NCBI GenBank assembly: GCA_001687465.1
Contig: LVLI01000005.1
Span: 371,145-391,144, forward strand
Direction: 5' to 3'
Source of the DNA: Halocafeteria seosinensis
Taxonomy: Eukaryota
DNA length: 20,000 nt
Each line of letters starts with the position of its first letter. Positions within the stretch are counted from its first letter, which is position 1. The notes beneath the pieces are model-generated. The model worked only from the letters and a program-made list of their open reading frames with translations, was not told the origin of the DNA and searched no databases. Of the stretch, positions 1 to 12,000 are shown piece after piece. Position numbers and translations under genes: made by a program.

Positions 1-3000
1 GCTGATTATGAACCTGCCTCAGTGTTACTGAGAGGTCCCGTCGCGTATGCTGCTGTGTTTATCAATGGCAATTGGTACTGGCATCGTGCAGTAGTGGTTG
101 CTATGAGTGGCTCTTGGCCTGATGGGGAGATTCGCTACCTTGTAGGTTATGATAACTCGGTCGAGCGTCCGTCGTTTTCAGATGCGGAATTAACACAGGT
201 CTCGTTAGATTATCTGTGGGAGTGTGCCGTCCAGGGCTATGCTACCCTGCAGTCTAAGTTTTCCGAGACCTGCTATGACTGTGTGAAAGATTGGTCATCC
301 GTGCGAGTAAAAGAATCGACTTTACAATGGGTACGGCGTCTTAACGTGGTGCTTTCTAACGAACCGGCGATTCCTTTCTTTACTAGGCGGTTCGTTGCTA
401 TGAAACAACGGGAGCTGGCTAAGTCTGCTTTAAGATATGATAAGTATCTTGAAAGTCTCGAGGATGAGGTACAACAGATCGACTCAAATTGGGAAAAGAA
501 CATCTTCACGCGCGCCGTAAAAGGGCTTCACAGGAACTTAATTTCGCAGTCGGAAGGATCCCTGAAAGGTACCCTGGGGGAAGTGAGGGCTGTCTATTCG
601 AAGGCTATGAGGCATGCCCAACATGAATACATGCTACACGAGTCCGGCTATTTTCAGAGGCATGTAGATATGAAGCTACCTCCTCCGAGGATTCCTATAG
701 GAAACGCATGGTACGGCATGGTCTCTCACTCAGCATCTCCAGCGGCGTTTTCGAACTCAGCCGAAGCGCTGTATTCTATACTTGTTAGGAACTCTGAACC
801 TATACTAGGTCCTACACTACGGCTACAACACAACTTCTACGACAATTTTTCTCATAAACAATTCATTGATTGTCGGCTCCCGTTGAAATTTCGAACGGAC
901 AGCCCGACTGAGAAGGAACTAGCGGAAGATAAGGACCGTGTGCGGAAACGAATGAGGAAGAAAATTCTAAAAAGTGCCGAGAAAAGCTCAGCTAGGGAAG
1001 AACGCCGCCGTTCGAGTACGGATGATCAAGGCGCTGCACAGCGAGTGGGAGAAATGCTGATGTCTATGGATTCCCAGTCTGATATTCCCCTTCCCGAATC
1101 GGTTAACGCCTGGCTAGAACGCCAATACGAAGCAATGGACTACCTACGTGAGGAACTTCGTGATGAATGGAGGACTAAATTTGTCTCCGACACATATGAG
1201 ACACTGCATAATAAGTACAACATGTACATGCGCGATGTGGAACTCTATGAACGCCACCCGCTGAAACCGATGATTACCCGCACAACTCTTATAATGGATC
1301 ACCAACTGCGATCCCTTACCGATAGCACAATCCAAAATTTTGTCAGCTTCATATCGCGAAGCTGTGAGAATCGAAGAGTACACCAAATTTTGGAAAACTC
1401 TCTAGCGGGATTGGATGCAGCTAGTGGAGTTCGTGAAAATGAATTTTTCGGTAATATCGTAAGGGGCAGTCTTGAGATTGCCGGAGGAATTAACAGTCGA
1501 TTCAATGGTCCTGCGCTTGATGATCCCGTAGCTTCTCTTTTGGGGCAATATACCCCTGGTGATGGCGAAACGAATCCGCAGGCTGCTAACCCTACTCAAG
1601 GATTCAGGCTACCTCGACGAGGGGACGACGACAAGGTTTCTGAATATCTTAAAAACATTGATGGCGGAGCGGAAAACGTATACGGGTTTTTACAACCTAG
1701 GCGTATGGACTGCGTATCACATCGACCACCTCTGATTTCGGTTGCTTTAGAACTAGGAAAGACTCAGGAGGTTGCTTGCCAAGCAGACCTAGATCAGGAT
1801 AATCTCCATCCTGCGATTGAGTGTTTAGCTGAATTCGGTGACAACAGCATGATATATCGACCATATAGCAACTTGCGGCTGCATGGTTTAGGTAGAGAAG
1901 AAGCAACAGTGAACGACGTGCGTGATAATGAAGAGGTGGTTGAGCAACAGAATAAAAAGGGGAAAGGTAAGAAAGGGAAGAAGCATCATCGGGGTCACCG
2001 GAAACACTCAGTCCAGGTAACGGCAGAGCAAGTATTACCTCCAGCGTGTGAAATTTTTTCCCGACCTGATGTAAAAGTTGGAGTAAACCCTACCGCTGAG
2101 AGCTCAGCGTACTTCGTGAAAGTTTCACCAAGCATCGGCCACGTAGAACAGTGTTTGTTGCGAACTCTTAACTTCGTTTCCTCTGGAGTGAGCTCTCTGG
2201 AGCATCCAGTTACAGCTTTGTTGTCCCTTTTACCAGTGGAGACGAAGCCACTCTTACCTCTGCAGTCTGTGGACGAATCACCGATGTCACAGAAAATTGC
2301 AACACTATATTCTGAGAAGCTCTCGGAGAACAACGCTCGCATCCAGGAAATCGAGGATGAGTTGCACGGAATCTTCTGTGGGCTCGCGCAGAGGGTAAAA
2401 GAGCATCATGACGAAGAGGGATCCGAACCGGAGGAGGAAGAAGAAGAGGTAGAAGAAGAAAAATCCACATCCCAAAGTCCTCGCTCTTCTAGAGAACAAA
2501 AGGCAAAAGAATCTGTTGAATTTAGTGACAACGAAAAGGATCGCATTAACAAGTTATGTGAGGAGCTAAATTCCTACACACCCGCTGCGGTGGAGGAAAG
2601 GTGCATCAAGCAAGTTGTCGAATCAGAACTGTCAAACGTATATGATCGGGTAGAAAACTCTGAACCTCATTCCTCAACCACTCAAATGCGTTTTGAAGCT
2701 GCAGCCGCATTCTTCCGCGGTACAATAGCACTAGAGATGCTCCGACCAAACTTGCTGGCCAGTGCATATAGCCGTTATGCTTGGCTGATGACGGTTTCCG
2801 GTAACGATATTACAAAAGGTGCAACTATTCGCAAAGACTATAAGGTCTTCGGGGACATAGAAGAATTCGTTGGTGGTCAAGAAAACGGCGAGGAGGAAGT
2901 AAAGGAGGAACCCCAGTGGAACCAAGGCAAGGACGATGACTGGGAGGTGGAGTCAAACTATGAGGGCACCATACTTGATGGGTCTCTGGCACGTACCGTT

Positions 3001-6000
3001 GCCGAGCATAGAGGAGTTGTTGATCAGTTCTATCCAACGGCGGTAGACTCTGAAGGACACCGTCTTATTAGGTACGACCGGAACTTCGATGGAAGACTCA
3101 AACGGTCTGCGTCGCAAATGGAAAAGCGTAGACTACAGTGGAAGCAAAAGTTAGAGTCACCCAACAATGGCATCGAGGGAGTATTAGAAGAAGAGCTTGC
3201 GGAAATGGAAGAGAACTACATAAGGCAGCCACGAAAGCAAGTCATTGAAGACGAAGAGAATGAACTCTATCAGTACTGGAAGGCGTCGCAGGAGGTCCAG
3301 CGTCTCTCGGATAATAACGTCTGGTTTGGACTCATTGCAGTAGATTGTGAAAAGGTTAAGAGCCAACTGACGAAGAGAGCGAAAGACCTTACCAATGCTG
3401 TAGCCTCTTTGATCATTGAGGACTGCGAATCCCTTGCTTCCAAGATCGATCATGCTTATCGGCGCATTAAAGCACAGATCGTTGAGCCGCCAAAGGGCGC
3501 TGCTGGTGTTGAGCAACAGCGAAATCTACTGAAGTCTCTAGATCGCTTAGTGGCAGGTGTCGATGCAGTAGCGGAGGACGCTATTCGACGCTTGGAGCGT
3601 TTGAGACACTATGATGTGAAACTTCCCCACCAAGCTCTGAAAGATTTATGGGCAGCGCGAGGCATGCAGTCCGAAGTCTATTCTGCCGCTCAACATGCTG
3701 AGGCTCATTTGGACTCCCTTAGTGAGAAACTTGTACAGAAACTTGAGAAAGAAAAAGAGTTGTTCATGAAAGAATGCGAAACGTGGCCCAACAAGGTGGA
3801 AGAGTTCAAAACCAAAGGGGCCGACGTGCAAGATCTTGAGGACCACGATGCCGTCGAAAAGCTTGCTGAAGAAGCGATGGCTTTCCAAGATAAGATTGAA
3901 GCGGGAATGCAGACTGTCCAAGATTTCAATAAGAAGGAAAGAATATTCAACCAACCGTCGGGTGATTTTGGAGTTGTCAACGAGGTTGTCGAGCAGTTCG
4001 CGCCGTACTACCGCTTATGGAGTACGATCGGCGAGTTCGACGGCGCACAGGAGCGATGGCTGACCGGTTCCTTCAAAGAATTAAGCGCTAATGAGATCAA
4101 AAATCAAGTAGAGGAGTGGCTTAACGTGACTTATGGGCTCATTTCAAAGTTCAATCGTATGGATGTTGAGGTGCCGTTGGAAATCGCCAAGTCGCTTAAG
4201 AAGAAATTGCTAGAGTTCCAGCAGATAGTTCCTATTGTCGAGTCGCTTGCAAATCCGGCGTTGAAGGAGCAGCATTGGGCGGACGTCAGTGAAGTACTGG
4301 GTCTCGGTGGGGACGAAGGGAAAAATATGTTAGACCCGGAGGAAGGGTTAACATTGCAAGATCTATTGGATGCAGGTGTCAAAGATCATATCGGGGAAGT
4401 GGAACAAGTGGCCATGGTAGCAACCAAGCAGTATGACCTTGAAAAATCACTTGAACAGATGTACGAAAAATGGGAAGAAACGTACTTTACACTAACGCCG
4501 TATAAGAACACCGGCGTTAGTATTGTGAAGGATGTAGAAGAAATCAATAACTTACTGGACGAACAGCTTGTGAAAATTCAGAGTATGCTCACTAGTCCTT
4601 ACGTTGCACATGTGGAGCAAAAATGTAAACAGTGGGAGGCAAAATTGCTGGATACAACGAATTTGCTAGAAGCTATGCTGTCGGTCCAACGCAATTGGCT
4701 GTATCTGGAACCGATTTTTGGCAGCGGTGACATCATGCGCCAAATGCCGAACGAGGGCCGTAAGTTTAACACGGTGGATGCTACTTGGCGACGAACAATG
4801 GCGAATATGGAACAAGATCCGAAGGTCATGGATGTTCTAGATCAGCCTGGAATTATTCAGACTTTTGAAAATGCCGATGCGAAGCTGGATGAGATCCAGA
4901 AAGGGTTGGATGCGTACCTCGAATTAAAGCGTTTGTCTTTCCCGAGATTTTTCTTCTTGAGTAACGATGAACTACTGGAGATACTCTCCGAAACCAAGGA
5001 TCCTCGGCGCGTACAGCCGCACTTGGGAAAAAGCTTCGAAGGAATATCATCTTTGAAATTCGAGCAAAGTGATCGGCAACCCGAGGAGGACGTGGAAGAT
5101 AACTGCAAGATCACAGCAATGACTAGCGCCCAAGGGGAGAGTTTAACTCTTCCGAAGAGTATATATCCAAACGAAGGTAACCGCAAGGGAAACGTGGAAG
5201 TGTGGATGAACGAAGTAGAAAGCAACATGCGCTTATCTGTTATTGACTATATCCATCGCTCATTGAAGAGCCTTCAGAAAGACCCTAGTAAGCGGAAAGA
5301 ATGGGTACTCCAATGGCCCGGTCAAGTGGTTCTTGCAGTGGATCAGATAATGTGGACTTATGGGGCGGAGAAAGCCCTCAAGCACCGCTCAGCTAAGCAT
5401 GCCAAGGAGGCGTTGAAGAAATTCTTAGACAGACTGAACAATGAGCTGATGGAAATTGTCGATCTAGTGAGAGGAGAATTGGCCCCGTTGGAGCGAACGA
5501 CACTTACAGCATTAACCACCATTGATGTGCATGCTCGAGATGTTATCTCGCACCTCATTGACATTGGCATTTCAGATGCAAACGATTTCGAATGGATGGC
5601 CCAACTGAGGTATTATTGGAATCAGAAGAAAGAACAACAGGCAGATGTGGGTGATTTGAACGTTCGTATAATCAACTCTGAAGTGATGTATGGCTGTGAA
5701 TATCTGGGAAACACTGAGCGTCTTGTCATAACTCCTTTGACTGATAGGTGTTACCGGACTTTAATTGGAGCGATTCACTTATTGTATGGAGGTGCACCTC
5801 AGGGACCTGCCGGTACCGGTAAAACCGAAACAACAAAGGACTTAGCTAAGGCTGTCGCCATCCAGTGTGTCGTGTTTAACTGTAGTGATGGATTGGATTA
5901 CAAGGCCATGGCCAAGTTCTTCAAGGGTTTGGCAAGTAGCGGAGCCTGGTCGTGCTTCGATGAGTTCAACAGAATTGAGTTGGAAGTACTCTCGGTAATT

Positions 6001-9000
6001 GCGCAACAAATATTATCGATTCAAAAGGCAAAGCAAGAAAATGCAAGACGGTTCACATTCGAAGGAAGTACACTGACTTTAAATCCAACCTGTAACGTCT
6101 TTATAACGATGAACCCCGGCTATGCTGGGAGGAGCGAACTACCTGATAACTTGAAAGCGCTATTCCGCCCTTGCGCGATGATGGTTCCTGATTACGCTCT
6201 CATTGCTGAGATCGTCTTGTATAGCTACGGGTTCGCAGAGGCCCGATCTATGGCATCGAAAATCGTGCAGGTGCTGAAGTTGGCGAGTGAGCAGCTGTCA
6301 AGCCAGCATCACTATGACTATGGAATGCGCGCTGTCAAGTCCATTTTCGTTGCAGCGGGTCTATTAAAGCGGAGATTGACTTGGTCTGAGCCACAATTAG
6401 TTCTCAAAGCTATCGAAGACGTGAACATACCAAAATTCACAGGAGCCGATATTCCATTGTTCCGTGGCATTGTAGGCGATCTCTTTCCCGATGTTGAGAA
6501 TGTTTCCGAAAAGGACGAGAATTTAGAGAAAGCTATGATTTCTTCGATGGAAACGTTAAATTTGCAGTCCACAGATATGTTCCTTCAAAAAACACACGAG
6601 TTGCAGAATACCATTGATGTACGTCACGGCCTTATGGTGCTTGGAGAAACCTGTGCGGGGAAAAGTAGCATAATAAAGGTGCTTTCCACTTCTATGACGA
6701 ACCTTGCGCGCGAGGGTGAAAAAGAAGGCGGTGAAGCTCCCCCCAAAGGAACTTATAATGAAGTGCAGACTAAATGCATTAACCCCAAAGCCATTGCCTT
6801 GGGTGAGTTATACGGAAAGTTCGACGAAAACACCCATGAATGGACGGATGGGGTGTTGGCTTTATCTGTGAGGTCTTTCGCGAAGAGCAAGTCATATTCC
6901 AACAAGTGGTTGATTTTTGATGGGCCGGTAGATGCTGTCTGGATCGAGAACATGAATACCGTCCTTGATGATAACAAGAAGTTATGCCTAATGTCGGGGG
7001 AGATTATCAAGCTGACTGATAAGATGAGGATGATTTTTGAGGTTGGCGATCTCAGTCAAGCTTCTCCCGCGACTGTCAGTCGCTGCGGAATGGTTCTCTT
7101 GGAACCGGAAGGACTTGGACATTCAGTGCTCATTAGAAGTTGGTTGAATACCCTACCGTCGTCGATATCGGCCGGGCAGGTTATTCTAGAGCGTCTAAAG
7201 GAATTGTTGTTAGACCCGCTGCTCGCGGAACTGCCTCACTACACCTTGACGACTCCACAGACCCACCAAGGATTTTGTCTGTCGTTCATTCGATTATTGG
7301 ACACTGTTATCCGCAACATTTATGGCGATCACTTTGGCGAGGACACCAGTGCGAGTGCGATTGATGAATCTTCCGTACCTATGCTTTGCACAGCCTTTGT
7401 GTTTAGTCTGATTTGGAGCATCGGTGCGGGGTTGACGTTAGCTTCTCGCCAGATGTTTGACCAGCAACTGAGGGATAAACTTCAGAATACCAACATCGAT
7501 GTATCGTTTGACCCGCAGAAACCGTCTAGGAAGAGTATAGAATCAATTGCTAAGATTCCGGATGAAGCTTCGGGGGTTGGGGTGTCGGTGTTCGATGTTT
7601 TCCCTCACTTTGGTGTGCTTGAGAAACTTGATATTCCTGGATCCCAGCAGACTTCAGATGGTGGTTCAAAAGACAAGAAATCTTCGCAACTCAAATGGAC
7701 TCCCTGGCTTACGTTAGTTGATGGAGGATCAAAGGGATCGTACTACAAAATCCCTCAGGAGATGGCCTTTGAGGAAATAACTGTTCCTACCACCGAGCTT
7801 GTACAGCAACAAGCTTTGACGAAACTTCTTCTTAGCGCTGGACGGCACGTACTGTTGGCAGGTGAAACAGGAACGGGGAAGAGCGTCGGTGTGAAGCAGG
7901 TTCTTTCGCAACTGGATTCCGCTAAGTTTATGCAAATCGCCATTCAATTCTCCGCTCAGACGAGTAGTGCTAAGACTCAGACGATAATTGATGAAAAGAT
8001 GAAGAAGCGTAGAGCGGGTGTCTACGGACCTACGATGGGACGCAAAGCGGTTGTATTCATTGATGATTTGAATATGCCGGCCAAAGAAAAGTATGGTGCA
8101 CAGCCTCCAATTGAGTTGTTACGGCAATGGATGGATCACAACGGTTGGTACGACCGACACGAACGCGGTAAACCGTTTAGGAAGCTCGTTGATTTGCTTT
8201 TCGTTGGTGCGATGGGTCCTCCGGGAGGTGGTCGGAGTGACATAACTCAGCGATACGTGCGTCACTATAACATTGTATCCTGTGTACCGTTTTCAGAAAA
8301 CTCCTTAAGTAGAATCTTTGGCTCCATCCTCAATTGGATAACCGAAGGCAATTCCAAAGCTGCTTCCTCATCCACACCGAGCTCGACTAAAGTGAAGAAA
8401 CTGGTTCCTGAGGCCATTTCTGCTTTGACGGAAATCTATGACACACTGTTGTCAGAGTTGAGACCTACTCCTGCTAAGTCCCACTACACGTTTAATCTTC
8501 GCGATTTGACGGCATTATTTGCAGGGTTTGCATCCGTAAACGCAAGCTCCCTGCAGTCCGGTGAAGATCTTGCTCGGTTACTGTGCCATGAGTGTCGGCG
8601 AGTCTTTGGTGATCGCTTGGTAGATGAAGAAGATAGCCAGTGGTTTGAGAATATGATGATCGAAAGAGTGGAGAACCACTTGGGGGTGAAATGGAAGCAC
8701 GCCCAGGAGACCTTCTTCAAAGACATCGTCTCGAAGCGTGAAAAGGAACGAGAACTTGAAAAAGACGTCACGGAACTTCAAGAGAAAATTCAGGCTCAAC
8801 AGCAGGATATGGACACATTCGAGGCCGAAGCCAGAGAACGTGCCGCTAATTCTGCAGATGAGGAAAAGAAGAAGAAGAAAAAGAAGCACAAGAAGCCTCC
8901 ATTGCTGCCGGAGGACCAAAGCCATTTAGAACATCTGAAGGAAAACCTCGATGAAATGAAATCCGAACTGAAGGAAACTAGGAAGAAGGCCATCCGTGAC

Positions 9001-12000
9001 ACCCAACCCTATTCCGTGCCTGAAGACTTTCGAGAAGGCAGTGAAATGAAGGCCGCAACAGCAGAAGATGGTGCCGATTCTAATGCTGTATACTTTGGCA
9101 ATTTTTTCCGCATGGATTCTGAAGGAGAGATCGAAGAATCCGGCAGAGTCTATGAGCAGTGCCATAGCGAATCAGTTCTTCATACAGTATTAGAGACACA
9201 GCTGAAACACTACAACGAGCATGTTGCTGCAAGCAGCCGCATGAATCTAGTTCTCTTCCGAGTCGCCCGAGAACACATTGCTGGGATATCAAGGAGACTG
9301 TCCCAAGCGGCTGGGCATTGCCTACTCCTTGGCGTCGGTGGCAGTGGACGACGCAGTTTCGCTCGCCTGGCGGCGTTTACGCAACAGTGCCGCATATATG
9401 AACCCGTCGTGAGTCAGTCCTACAGTATAGCAGACTGGAAGGAAGATGTTAAGGCAGTCCTGCAGCTTGCTGGGCTGGAAGGTCGTAAAACTGTTCTACT
9501 TATCAATGACTCGGACCTTGGAAACGATGTTCAGTGGGAAGATGTTAACAATATGCTAAACACAGGTGAAGTTCCTAACATTTTCAATGATGAAGAGTTC
9601 CAGAAAATTACGAGTGAATTACAAAAGGATGCTCATGCGGAAGCGGAAAGGGAGTGGAAGCGAAAATTTGGCGAGGGGCAGAAGATGCCTCCCTTATCAA
9701 ATGCCGAGATCATGGATTATTTCGTGAAATGCTGCAAACGCAACCTAAGAGTTGTCGTCGCGATGTCTCCTGTCGGTGGCGTTTTCCGAAGCCGCCTTCG
9801 TCGATTCCCGGCTTTGGTGAATTGCTGTTATATTGACTGGTTCCGTCCATGGCCTGCAGAGGCTCTTTCAAGTGTAGCACAGTCAATTTTGGGTACCGAA
9901 GAGTCACCTGTTTCTAGTGATGATTTCGACAAGGTCATCAACGCATGTGTGGAAATCCATCTGTCGGCCCAGCAGCTAAGCGAATCACTGTTAAAACAGC
10001 ATGGCCTACACAATTACATCACGCCGACGTTGTATCTGCACTTCCTTCAGGAATTGTCGGCGCTCATCAAATCCGAAAGTAAACAGCTATCAGACAAACA
10101 GTCGAAGTACAGTGTGGGCCTGAAGTCTATCGAGGAATCAGAAGAACTTGTGGCTAAGCTCAAACAAGAAGTTATTGACCTTCAACCGGTGCTTGAGAAA
10201 TCGAAGGAGGAAACCGCTTCAGTGATGGAGGATATCGAGAAACAGCAGAAGGAAGCAGATGAAACGAAGAAGCAAATGAAAGAAGAAGAAGCTGTCTGTT
10301 CAGAGCAGGCTGAACAGGCGTCAAAAATGAAGCAAGAATGCGAAGATGACCTTGCGGAAGCGTTGCCTGCCCTGAAGGCGGCTCAGGATGCTCTTCGCAA
10401 TTTAAAGAAAAGTGATATTGTCGAAGTCAAGAGCATGGGGAAGCCTCCGGAGGCCGTTAAACTGGTTATTGAAACTGTGTGCATCATGATGGAAGTCAAA
10501 CCGGATAGAGTTACAGCCGAGAATGGGAAGGACAAAGTGAATGACTACTGGACGCCTGCGAAGAAACAGTTACTCAGTGACCCCAAATTTGTTGGAAGGT
10601 TACTTAAGTACGACAAGGATAATATCCCGGACAGTATTGTAAACCAATTGCAGCCGTACCTCGAGCAGCCAGAATTCACCCCTGAAACTGTTCAAAAGTC
10701 ATCTTACGCTGCTTCGGGTCTATGCCGATGGGTTCGTGCCGTTCTCAAATACTACAGTGTCTCAAAGACTGTAGCTCCCAAGCGAGCAGCACTCAAGGAG
10801 GCGGAAGAAAAGTATGAGAGCGCTCAAAAGGTCCTCAAAGAAAAGGAACAGCAGCTTCAGGATGTGAATGACCAGCTCGCGCGACTAATGCAACAATTTG
10901 AAGAGGCCAACGAAAAGAAGCAGAACCTTGAGCAGCAGATGGAGCAATGCCAAGGGCGACTAAATCGCGCTAACATTCTGATCGATTCTCTGGGGGGCCA
11001 GAAAGAAGGATGGCGGAATAAGTCACATGACCTGGCAAAGAAAAAGGAGTCCATCGTCGCGAATATGCTTCTTGCCGGTGGAATGGTGGGCTACTTGGGC
11101 CCTTTTCCGAGCGACCTCAGGGCGGCTGCTTTATTTCGTTGGGAGCTTTTCTGCGATAACAATGGTATGACGTTTGACGGCGCCGACCGGGATACTAGCA
11201 CTCATCATCAGCAGAGCGGAAGAGAACGTGACACGTCAGCCCGCTCTCATGAGGAACAAGGTAGTGGTCGGAAGGAAGAAAGTGCCAGGTCTGGTGGTTC
11301 TGTGGGCATCAAGGAACCTCGGTTTAGTTTGCAGGATGTCCTAGGAGATCCAATAACCATTCGTGGATGGAACGCCAACTATCTGCCGGTGGATAAGTTT
11401 AGCATCGAAAATGGTATCATCTTGCACCAGAGTTCGAAATGGCCATTGATGATCGATCCTCAGGGTCAAGCAACACGTTGGATACGAGCGCAATCTGAAT
11501 CAGAAGAGACAAAGAAAGAGGAAGACAGTAAGAAAGAACAAGGCGTAAGTGCAGGCGCGGCGGGCTCCAGCGGAGTCGTCAATAAGCTGAGGAAAGGGAA
11601 AGGGAAGAAATCACAGCAGCAAAAGAGTTCAAACCTGCGAATCCTTCAGCCTGATTCCCCTGGATTTTACAGGGCGATCGAAGCGGCAGTGCAATATGGG
11701 CACCATGTACTTATCGAAAATGTAGGTGAGGAGTTGGACCCCTTCTTAGACAGTATCTTACTGAAGGAAACGAAATATCAAGGCTCGATGCGTGTGATCC
11801 AACTAGGAGACAACGTGGTGGAATTCAATGAGAGCTTTAAACTGTACCTCTCCTCTAGAATGGCTACACCTCACTACTCGCCAGAAACGCGCGCAAAAGT
11901 AAATCTGTTGAATTTTACCGCAACACCGGCAGGGCTCCAAGACCAGATGCTTGGAATCGTGGTCGCAAAAGAAAACCCCGAAATGGAGCAACAGAGACAG

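Noticed and set aside
9331..9357. AAA4 Walker A has Arg instead of Lys (GVGGSGRRS)
   Set aside because: GxGGSGR is normal for single-headed inner-arm dyneins. It is diagnostic of the class, not novel.
11164..11334. Possible intron (GTATGA...TTTGCAG) explaining the post-stalk insertion
   Set aside because: Using that acceptor would delete the conserved FSL before DVLGDP. The segment is purine-rich and stop-free, unlike the T-rich, shorter introns in this window.
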